DNA from: Gordius albopunctatus
Taxonomy: Eukaryota
Reading direction: 5' to 3'
Length of the DNA: 64,000 bases
Assembly: GCA_964276515.1 (NCBI GenBank)
Contig: OZ193909.1
Coordinates: forward strand, 8,618,001-8,682,000
Program-made: the position numbers and the translations under genes
The notes under the pieces: generated by a model
Database searches by the model: none
What the model saw: the letters and a program-made list of their open reading frames with translations, nothing else
Told to the model about the DNA's origin: nothing
Shown: positions 47,113 through 58,100 of the stretch, in pieces
How positions within the stretch are numbered: position 1 is the first letter of the stretch
How the letters are laid out: every line of letters begins with the position of its first letter

Positions 47113-47423
47113 TATGGGCGTATATGGCTAAAATTTCCAAAAAGGATCATTTTGCCACTCTCTACATCATTATTGCCCCCCCCCCTTAATTCCAATGTTG
47201 GCTACGCCTAGAGTTGTTAAATTGCTAACTTTCTTCAGACTTCAGACGCGAGCACGAACACTGAGTTGCTTAATATGCGCGTTAGCACAATATGTGCTCT
47301 CTGTTCGGTGAACTAGGTAGAGCATTAGCATATAAAAATGCTCGAGGATCGAGCAGAAACTCGAGCAGATGGTAGCTGGAGTTGAAGAAAGTTAGCAATG
47401 TAACAACTCTAGCTACGCCCATG
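47113..47423. mobile_element. CATGGGCGTAG-family hAT MITE hosting a nested MITE
   Basis: Ends TATGGGCGTA / CTACGCCCATG; TSD AAAACACT / ATAACACT (7/8). Confidence 0.8.
47209..47411. mobile_element. hAT MITE (203 bp) with ~29-bp TIRs
   Basis: TIR TAGAGTTGTTAAATTGCTAACTTTCTTCA (1 mismatch); perfect 8-bp TSD GCTACGCC (47201-47208, 47412-47419). Confidence 0.92.
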
Positions 47424-47491
47424 ATAACACTCATTACTCCTTAACTCCATAACTTTATAATTATAAACTAGTTCGTTATTCTAATTTGATA

Positions 47492-48535
47492 TTACTTGTC
47501 AGGATTATTCTCATATGTCAAATTTGGTGATTCTGTATACCCTTTATTTGTTGAGGATAAATTTTCTATCGATTTTTCATCGCTTCGCCCAAAATGATAT
47601 GAGTGTGGCCTGGGCTGTTTTTGAGGTAAAGGTTGGCAGAAAGAATGATTTATATGTAGATCGTCTTTAGATAGATTCAAATCTAATTGTCGATTTATAA
47701 TATGACGATCTTGTCCGCTATTTTTTAAATGAATTTTGGCATTCAAATCTTTCGTGCGTAAAAATTTGTTTTCAAGATGGCGCTCAGGGTCATCACAGGA
47801 TTGATTGTCATGTTTGATAGTTTGTCTTAAATGGGTGGCTGATATAATGGCAGGATACATGCAATCATTATCAGCTTCAATCAATTTTGATTCGATGGGT
47901 AGCGTATAAGCATGTGAATTGTCATTCGAAAAATTTGTATTAAAGTATGGCCTGGGGAAGGTTTTAATGACATCGTGAGTCAAGTTTTTATTACACGCTG
48001 CTCCCCCGTTGTTTACTAAGGGCGATGAAAAATTATGCCATAAATATGGCGTTTTGTTGTAACCATAAAAACTTTTATTATTGGCTCTGTGTTTGGGTAA
48101 ATTATGATTTTTCAATGGCATCATTTTAGTTAGGCAAAACTTTATGTTATCCTTAATTTTGGGCACATCTTTAATGTTTGAACAAATGACATTATTTATT
48201 GCTGTAATATGGTTTTCTTTAATCCCCAGACTAGAGTAATTATCAAAAGAAAACGCTTTGAATATAGGTTTCCTATTAGTGGATTCAATCCGATCAGTTG
48301 AGTTGGGTGGTGTTGGATCGTCGCTTTCCCTCTTAATTTGATCGATGTTTCGAAATGTATCTGTTGTTGAACTATTTTTGTACAAATAATGATTATATAT
48401 ATTCATATCATTTTTATAAAATTCAATTTTTTCCATTTTATATGGTGAATAGGATGTTGGGGAGAGAGTCATAGAATTTGGTGCGTGTTTCAATGGGCGT
48501 CTAAATGGATTGGATGGTGATAAATTTTTATTCAT
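47492..48535 (-). CDS. 347-codon N/S/P-rich ORF with no recognised domain; likely a large coding exon, possibly the first exon of the FERM gene
   Basis: Long ORF in very AT-rich DNA, in-frame stop upstream of the ATG, and a donor AA|GTAATA at 47496/47495 (phase 2). Confidence 0.6.
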   Translation of the reverse strand: MNKNLSPSNPFRRPLKHAPNSMTLSPTSYSPYKMEKIEFYKNDMNIYNHYLYKNSSTTDTFRNIDQIKRESDDPTPPNSTDRIESTNRKPIFKAFSFDNYSSLGIKENHITAINNVICSNIKDVPKIKDNIKFCLTKMMPLKNHNLPKHRANNKSFYGYNKTPYLWHNFSSPLVNNGGAACNKNLTHDVIKTFPRPYFNTNFSNDNSHAYTLPIESKLIEADNDCMYPAIISATHLRQTIKHDNQSCDDPERHLENKFLRTKDLNAKIHLKNSGQDRHIINRQLDLNLSKDDLHINHSFCQPLPQKQPRPHSYHFGRSDEKSIENLSSTNKGYTESPNLTYENNPDK

Positions 48536-49843
48536 CTCCAGATGCCTTCAAGGGTAAATATCGTAATAAACGATGGCCTACGCCTACATATAAATTAAAA
48601 AGAAATTTAATTATTATTATTGTAAATATAATATTAGAAACGAAGTTTAATGAAAATCCTTTATCAAGGTCATTAGTAGAGATATGATTTGTAGAGATAT
48701 TGACAAAGGTGTTCATTAAAATTTAAAGGCAATGATCTAAAGAATTAAAATATTATTATTTTAAATATTTGGCGCCGTATTTGTTCAAAATTTAAAATTG
48801 ATAGTGAAATTATACCCTTCATAAAGTTAATTTTCAAAAAAATTTCTTACAAACTTAGAAACAAAATCTTGCGATTAGAATATTTCTATTAAGTACATCA
48901 GGTCCTTATAAACTTCCTTGAATTTTTTTTAAATGTGTAAATAGGTCGTATGAAAAAATCTTTGTTCCCATGTCGCAAGCTATGGTTCAATTGAATGATA
49001 TGGGTAATCGAAAAGATTAGGGAAGTACTGCTTGGAATAATATTATATCTGTCTTCGGATAGATACAAACCCTGAGTATTAGGTCACGATATAGGTTAGT
49101 TATTGCGAATATGAGTTAGTACTCACTGAAATGATGTTACTACCTACTTGTATGACCTTAAGGGGGGGGGGTGACTTACATCATAATAAAGACGCGAGTA
49201 AACTTTCTTTCTTGGAAATTCTTCTATGAGATATACGATATAAATTGTATAATTATTATTCGATTAATTTGCTTCCAACAATTTGTTAGAGATTGGTTTA
49301 ATTTGTTACTTAGATGATTGCCTATGTATCCCTTTCGCCCGGGGCCAACTAAACATTCCATAGACATGATGTCATTCCTCTAAACGCGGCAACATATACC
49401 CATCACTTTGTTGTAATTAACCATTCAATTTCTTGACAAAACTTTTGCATTATACCATTTCATACATTTATTAATGGATTAAAAAAGCCATTCGGTTTGA
49501 GAGCCAAAAACTCCCTAATTCTTTAACAATTAAATTTAATCTTAGGACAAATCTATACTGTTAAATCATAAATGAATTACTAGAAGTTCTAATAAATTAA
49601 ATTTTTAGATAAACGCAATATATAAATTTATATTAATTTGATAATTTGTTCCAATGAGAAAGGTTTTACTTTAAATATCATCCGTTTCACCGCCGTACAA
49701 TATCGAAGTGAGAATGGACGTATGAAATTAAATATAGTATATATGACATATTCTTGTACAAATTTTAGCCATGGTTAGAAAACAAACTTATTTTATATTA
49801 ATTATTAATTTTTTTAATAAAAATTAAATTAATTTCTACGATA

Positions 49844-50037
49844 CATGGGCGTAGCCGGGGGGGGGGCTGGGGCAGGGAGGGGCGGCTGCCCCCCTCTAAA
49901 TCCAAAAATTTGTTGAAATTTATTAAAATTATGGCTAAATTTTCAAAAAATGATCATTTTGCCCCTCCCTAAATCATAATTGTCCATCCCTAAATCATTA
50001 TTACCCCGCTCTAATCCCAATGCTGACTACGCCCATG
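49844..50037. mobile_element. hAT MITE, CATGGGCGTAG family
   Basis: TIR CATGGGCGTAG / CTACGCCCATG; perfect 8-bp TSD CTACGATA (49836-49843, 50038-50045). Degenerate relatives at ~51742-51887, ~53538-53617 and ~57883-58033. Confidence 0.92.
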
Positions 50038-50438
50038 CTACGATAAAAATTCCTAATTTAAACGTTCCAACCAAAAGTTCCTAACATTAACATGTAATCA
50101 CTTAAAAATATAAATTGCTTTGAATTTAATTTCAAATATTTACTTAAACGATATTGCATTTACTCTCCTGGACTGTCCTTAAATTTTTTCTCAGCATTAC
50201 CACAAATGTCCTACAACCGCTTCTAACAAATTTTAATAACTTAGGCTTTTAAAAAACCAATAAATTTGTTTTATATAATTTCTCACACAATAAAAGCACG
50301 GAAAATTAAATTGCCACTAAACTAAAGCAAAATATTTATTAGTCAAATTAATAAGGCTGATAAAAAGGCAAGTTTTTGGAATCCAGGCTTATTAATATTA
50401 ATAAGCTATAGCCTAAAATTGTCCCGTATGATTTACAT

Positions 50439-51404
50439 TAGAGACCTGAACGACCCGGCCCGGCCCGTGGACGGGCTTAAAAGCCCGGCCTCCGTAATCA
50501 ATTAACGGGATCGGGCCGGGTCTATATTTAAGGCCCTTTTAAAGCCAGTTACAGAATCAATTATATTCAATATAAAAGAAGGTGTTTTTATAATGTCCTA
50601 ATTTATAATTCTTATATATATATGAAATTAACAGGAAAGTTAAATTTTATTTCAATCTTAGTTCATTATTTCATCAACCGCACTATAAATGCTAAAGATA
50701 TTTATACACGTGATCCCATAGCCGTAGCCGATTTAAATTAGAGGGAAGGGGCCAGTTTAGGTAAGGGAAAAATGTTTTTTAGATCAAGAATTTTTGGATT
50801 TGGAGGGAAGGTAGCTGCCCATCCTTGCCCGCCCTTTTATACCCTCTAGCAATATGGAGTGAATTAATTTTATATCATGTTAGATATTTATATATATATA
50901 CATTAACAAATTTAAAAACAAATTTTAAAATTTATTTTTCCAAGTTACTTTTACAAAATATCACTATTTTTAATTTTTTATCAATAACCTAAAAATTAAA
51001 AATGGTGGAAAAGCAAAGAAGCTAAGCAACTTTATTAAAAACATTATAGCCTTAAATAAGGGGTTTAATGGCTTATATAGTTTTATGTATCCAGAATTCT
51101 ACTTGTAAAAATATTTTTCTCTGCTGGCCGCCTCTTAAATGATAGAAAATCTCGTTTGATCGGGAATTATTAATTCAACATTTATACAATATTTTTAACA
51201 TTTTTAAACCTATTGTTTACCATATAGGTAAAAAAAATATAAAAAATTTACGGGCCATGGCTTGGCCCCGGCTTTGTATAAAATTAGCAAGCCGGGCCCT
51301 GACTTATTGTCTAATATTTTGACGGGCCCGGGCCGGGCTTTTAAATTATTATTACAGGCGGGGCCGAATGATCTAAACAGGCGTGGTGCACGTGCAGGTC
51401 TCTA
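50439..51404. mobile_element. Non-autonomous hAT element (966 bp), TAGAGACCTG family
   Basis: TIR TAGAGACCTG(A/C)ACG; perfect 8-bp TSD ATTTACAT (50431-50438, 51405-51412); subterminal GGCCC/GGGCC arrays; no ORF. Confidence 0.93.
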
Positions 51405-52161
51405 ATTTACATTACTTAAATCCAATTTATTTCTGTTATGGATTACCAACTAGGCTAAAACTCTTTTCAGCGATTTATAAAGAAGGACGCTATAAAAATG
51501 GGTTTTACAAAAGCCCACATAGTCGGAGAGAAGAAAAAGCTTTCTGTAGCCAAAATTTTGAAAGCCCTTTTATTAAAATTTTGATTTACGTTATAAATTC
51601 TTCTTCAGTCAAGGCAACTATGTTATTAACGCCGTTTTGGGTTAAAACGTCCTGAATTTTGATGCAAGGCATCCAGGTGATTACAATCTTAATATACTTA
51701 GTTGGGGTAGATCACCGATTCCTAAAGATTAAAAGTTTACCCCATAGGCTTAGGATTAAAGGGGGAGCAATAATGATTTAGGAAGGGGTAAAATGACGAT
51801 TTTTTGAAATTGTAGCCATTAAATTTAGAGGCTTTTTTGAATTTTAAGGGGGGCAGCCCTCCTTGCTTCCTCTTGGCAATGTCGATGCTTTAAACCCCTA
51901 CCATATTTAAAACATTAATAATAATTAAAACATATAAGTTTTAATAATTGGTTTCGTTTTAATTAGATTTAATTGATCTATTCACACGAGTTTATTATGA
52001 TGTATATTAGTTATGCATAATTTTTTAAGATGTAGACATTTAAAATACCTTAAAAACTTTTTTACAATACAAAGTTGAACAAACTTCGTAGTCCACCTCT
52101 CAGCCCCCTTGCCTCCAGCGCCTTTCTAAAATACTGTCACCTGGAGAACTATATCGCCCAC

Positions 52162-52340
52162 TACTTGTTAAATTGCTAACTTTCTTCAAACTCCAGACGC
52201 GAGTACGCACACTAAGTTGCTTGTGCTCTCTGTTCGGTGCATTAGGTAGAACATTAGCATATAAAAATGCCCGTGGACCGAGCAGAAACTCGAGCAGATG
52301 GTAGCTGGAGTTGAAGAAAGTTAGCAATTTAACAACTCTA
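52162..52340. mobile_element. Second copy of the 47209-47411 hAT MITE
   Basis: Same internal sequence and TIR (left end slightly eroded); perfect TSD TCGCCCAC (52154-52161, 52341-52348). Confidence 0.9.
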
Positions 52341-53137
52341 TCGCCCACTTAGGGACTCTCCGATAAAATAATAGATATTTTAAAAGATATTCTGAGCTTT
52401 TAGATTGGTCACTGTTATAGAAAATGTCAGCGCATGAGATTAAAGCATCTAAATTTTAGATTTTTAGTTTGCTTTTACATTTTCTATAAAAACAAAAAAT
52501 ATATTTTCCATTTATATAAACAAGAGTTGTGTCAATTCAATAACATATCAAATGTTCATTCATTAACTAGTAGTTTTCCATAAGCTGTTCTACATTTACC
52601 CGTATCACATGTTGCCGGCTGCAACCTAATTTATAAGTGTGCATTATAAAAATTTGTCATAGTTTTTATATTTGGCAAAATGGATTTCATTTATCGTTTG
52701 TAGAGTAATTTGACTGTGTTAGATTTAATAGGATTAATTCTGAGACTAAGCTTAAGCCTTGAAGGTCGTAAAGACATTGAAATAAGAATACAGTTTAAAA
52801 CAATGTATTAATGGTGTGATGGTGTATGTAAACTAATATATTCAATAAGGTTAAAATACAGCCTTGAAACTCGAATGAGTTTTATTAAAATCGATAGTTT
52901 TAAAAATCACAGAGTATAAATAATTGATCCTTGGTACCACCAGCTTTACAGACTAATTGCAAAACCATAATTTCCACCAAGAGAAAAATTTAAGGAAAAA
53001 ACAATTATCATAATAAAATTTTATTACTGACCAACTAACAAAAAATAAGAACTAATTATCCTTCTTAACTGCAATTTTCTAAAAGTTACTTCTTTAAAAA
53101 TGCCAATAATCATTTGCAACCCACGAGACATTTGAAA

Positions 53138-53280
53138 TAGAGATGTACGGGCGCGCTTGAAAAGAAAAAAATTTAACGGGCCGAGCTCGGGCAGGCCAAG
53201 CAAGTTTTATAACGGGCTCGGGCGGACCTAAGTTTCATAGCGGGGTCCAACGGACCTAAAATTCAACAGTCCTAAATCGA
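53138..53280. mobile_element. hAT-like terminal fragment
   Basis: Starts TAGAGATGTACGGGC, then repeated AACGGGC/CTCGGGC motifs. Confidence 0.45.
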
Positions 53281-55189
53281 TATTAAATTATAAACCTATC
53301 ACAAAGAGGCTTTTAGAAAAAAATTCTAACTATGGATTCTTAGTATTTGAAAACAAAAATTTATCATGACAATCGGTAAATGAAAATTAATTTAATATTA
53401 TATGACTATGCTTTTATTTTACACAAATCAAAATTAATGCCTAAAAATGAACCATTTAAATTTAGTATTTTAGGGGTTTATTGCATCTAAATTGACTTAG
53501 GTGATTTGCATAAACAAATAATACACTTGGAAGTGACTGTGGGCGCAATCTAAATCCACTTTGCCCCTTCCTAAATCATTATTGCCCCCCTCTAAATACT
53601 ATCCTGGCAACGCCCATCGACGTAACTATGAACATCTGGCTGGATATCTAATTATACAAAATCTTGGACGCTTACCATTCATTTAAATTTACGGAAAAGT
53701 CTTTTTTACAGCCCATTTTTGCACCAGAGCAGAATATCAAAAATGTGATGTTGAACAAGTCACAACTCTCGGAGTTATTAATAAAGAAATTTTTAAATAA
53801 TAATTTTAAGGACCAAGGTGTGGATTCTAGTAAAGTATTCACCTATTCAAATCGCAATAAATTTTGCAAAATTTTTATTAATAGGCCGATCTTGGTAGGG
53901 GGTGGGGTGGACTTAAAAAGGTTAGGGACGGGATAGAAAGTTTTTAAACGTGTCCGGGCATATTTTTAATTTAAAATATGCGTCGCCCGCCACTAGGAAG
54001 ATCGGCATTATTCAGAGCCCCCAAAAACGAACTTCATGACTCGAATTTGTATCATATATTAGACTATAGTTATTATGTTATTTGTAGAAAAAATCAGGGG
54101 TCGGGACTAGTTAATGAGGGGTTAATGCATGCCACCCTTACATTTATTTAGCCATGGTTTATTAAAAGAGAATTAATATTTCAATTAATAGGATAAAAAT
54201 TTAAAAACTTTTGCCAAAGTTGAGTCCATCTTTTACGGGTGTATTGCTATTATATGTTGCGCAGTGATAAAGTAGTGCAAATATAAGGCTAATTTAATAT
54301 GTAAACAAAGCTATGACTAGCCCCAAATTCCAGAATATTTTATATTTAATTTTTAGTTGAAAATTTTTCTTCTCACAATTTTTTTGTAATATTTCATCAA
54401 AATTGCTCAACAATACAAATTTATAATCCGAATTATATGAAATAATTATTTTATCAATGTAAACACGTTTAAGCCAAATGGATAGATTTTTTTAACGATT
54501 TTTATAATTCACCCATTTAAGATTCTCAACCTTTAAAATAAGAAAAGAATTTATAAATTACATTCAAATTGGAAATAAAAAGTCTTAGCAAATTTATTAA
54601 GGTATAAAATTGTTGTTTCATGACGCAATATTGTTCAAACGAATATGTACAGCATACAGTTCTAAACAGATGATTTTAAACACGTAACGTGAGTGACTTT
54701 TATTATAATTGTCGATTTTAACAGCTGATGAATTTGTAGGTGCACATAAACGCGGTAATAAAAATTTTTATCAACAAAAATTGTAATAGGATAATACATT
54801 TTGATAAGTTTTGGCAACTTGAAACGTGACCTAGACAAATATAAGGCCCAAAAAATACTACAAAATATCATAAAAAAGTAGCCGAATTACAAAAATGTAC
54901 AAAACTTTAACATTTGATTTAGGTGTAAACTAGACATTATCCTATAGATATTTAGGTAATATGGCATGTTAATAGAACATAAGCTTTTCAAATGGTGCTA
55001 AATAACCTTTGGTTTGTACATTTCATGGAAAAATTAAATACAGCAAATATAAAATATACAAAATAACTTATTTAAAAAAAATTACTTGAAACATTATATT
55101 CAAGATACAAAATATATTGCACTATAAAGCTTAATGGAATAAAACAATGGTTATAAGACAAAAGCCTAATAGCATAAAAATCTAAAAAT

Positions 55190-58100
55190 TTAGAAATAAT
55201 TTCTCTCCGTTTCGGTCTTGTATATAGCCGCCTTATAACTATAACGGTCTGAAATTGACTTGGGAGCCGTAAGGTCGTTTTTACTTTCATCGATTTTAGT
55301 CGAGTTAAAACGTGGAATCTTTTGTGGTTCCGCATCTTAATAAAAATAACATGTTTAACAAAATCAATATTTCGATTACTTCTATTAGGTTTGGCAAGGT
55401 CCTCTTGAAAAACAGACGAATCTTTTAGATTATTATTATTATTATTATCTTTTCTAATCAATTTCCTTTGCAAGAGAATAGAATATGTCTTGTAGCGTTT
55501 AAGCTAAATTTGAAATAAATTCATTAAATTATTGATCAATAATGTACTTCGTAAAGATAGTAATTTTCCCTTTCCTTAAATTCTACAATCTCGCGGGATT
55601 TCCATTGAGGTGCAGGAGGATTTTCTCTCAAAAGGTTAATTTCCTTCTCAAGTTCTTTCACCATGCTTTCGTGCTGCTTAAATTGCTCAACCTATTCAAA
55701 TGTTAAATGCAGGTTTATTTAAAATGTGGTTACCATGTTATGTTTAGTAGGCAAAGAAGGTAGTAAAGGTCGATGAAATTTCTTTTGACAGCCGATGGCA
55801 CTTGGAAGAGGTAAAGCTGAAAAAGTGGCCGCAATAAGGTTTATTGATTCAATCCAAGCCTCCATGTCTTCTAGATTTCTGGTTAAAATTATGTAAGTAT
55901 AATAAATATATCGAACGATGAAATAATAAAATGATAAATAAACTACCGTTTTAGCTCTAAAAAAGACAAAATTATACTCAAATATTTTTACACCACATTA
56001 AAAATAATTAAAATGAAGGAAATATAAAATAATAAAGCCATAGAATTTCCAGAAATATTTTTGGATTTAAAGGGACTGAATAATTAATAGGGTTCAATAA
56101 CTTTGCAAAAAATAATTTATTCGGCATTTCAATAATCTTATATATAAAAATGAAACTATGTATGTGTGTGTGTATGCCGCCACCAATTTCGGAAAACTAC
56201 CAGACCGATTTGGTTCAAAATTTCACAGTTTATTCCTGACACTCCGGAGCATGTTTTAAGATTTGTTCGAGACAAATCGATCCAGTAGTTTTCGAGTTTG
56301 TTTTATACGTTTTGACGTTTAATAAAACGTCAATCAAACGCAACCTCATGACGTACTGCCTATCTATCGTGTTCTTGGAAAATTTGAATATACAGTAGTT
56401 CTTTAGTAAAAGTGTATCACTTATAGTATTTTCTAGACCGTCATGCGTGTAGGTAGTGTAGTGTGATAAATGTAGGCATGTGCTGCGGAAAATGGAAACT
56501 TTTTACGATTTGAAACATTAAATCAAAGTCATTTTTTGCTTATTTTTCACGTCAATTATTATTATAGCACGGTCGTGTCCCCTCCTGCGTTGCTAAATAA
56601 ATTAAAAAATCTCATTTTGTCATTTTTTGCGCGTTAAATAAGGAGAAAAATGAAAATACTTTTAACAAAGTGGCAATAAATGTGGATATATCTCAGTCCT
56701 TTGGACATTGTTAAATTCAGAATTAAAAGTTTTATTCAGAAATAAATGATTATAATTATGATATTGTTTCTTAATTAAAAAGATTGCTTGAAGGGCCAGG
56801 GGACCAAAGATTTTTCCCTTGGGGGGGGGGCATGGGACCAGGTTTTCTCTCTTAGGTGGGCCTGGGCCTTGGACCCTCTTTAACTATTTGTTTAAAATTT
56901 TTTGCATAATAAACACTTACCAATTATATTTGATATATTCTTAATCTATTATACGGAAATAAAAAAATAGAAGTAGAACATATAGATATCAAACTTTATT
57001 TTTACTTCAATAACCGCTTTATCATCATATATGCCCTAAAATTCCAACATAATTTAATACACCCGGGTAAATGGCAAAAAAACGTTTGCCGGGTTCATCT
57101 AGTATGCTATAAAGATACTAATCATTTCATTGCAGAACAGAAAAAATCAATTAATTAAAACGTACAAAAAACCTTTGACAAAATAATTAATTTGCTAGGG
57201 TTTAAAAAAGGCCTAAATCGCTGTTTTTAGTAACTTTGACAACAAATATTTTAAAAACGCAGAGAAAATTAAAAATATATTTGTGTCCACCGTAAAAAAC
57301 TCTACCAAAATCTGCAAACAGTTTCTCAGTTGATTTTATAAGCCCATTATTTGTTGACCAGTGTTATTAGTAATGCTGGGTTTTGCATAAATTTTTTTCC
57401 AATATTTAAAAAATATTCAATTCAGCCAAGTTTGGATAATATGATATTGCAAGACTCTGCAACTTCAGAATATTAATATCCAGGTTTTATAAAACTCAGC
57501 CTTCAATTATGTAATAGTTATTTTTACCCCGCTTGGAAAAAATATATGGCCCAGTCAGCGGTTTGTAGTTGAAAAACAAACGGTTTACGGATGTACTCTG
57601 ACGACTTTTGTGCCAAGGCGTGGTGAAGTCGAATTGAGTTGTAATCATTACCCAAAGCGTTATCGTACACGTTGCATCCCTTAGCAACAAAAAACATTTG
57701 CAAATTAAAGGGTGATTAATAATATTTAAGTTATTATATCAAAAGCCTCTAAAAGCTTATTTTTCGCAAACCCTTTAGGACCCAACCAAAAAGTAATATA
57801 CATAAATTCAACCCGTTAAGAAAACGAAATTATTTCTTTATACCTGACTGAATTAATTTTAACTCGAGTCAAACATTTAGCCTGCATTGGGATTAGAGGG
57901 AGGCAATAATGATTTTGGGGAGGGGCAAAAGATCATTTTTTGAATTTTTAGTCATAATTTTAATAAATTTCAACAATTTTTGGGATTTTGAGGGGTGCAA
58001 TCGGCCCCACTGCCCCCCCTAGCTAAGCCCATGTGTGGGGGGGGGGGGGGCGGCGGGAGCGCTTAAGAAAATTATGTATTACCCTCTGCCTCCTTCGCGT

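Noticed and set aside
55072..55473. 133-aa ORF as the PSD C-terminus
   Set aside because: Its distal part is better explained by a 44-nt intron that shifts into the frame encoding [10 protein letters not shown].
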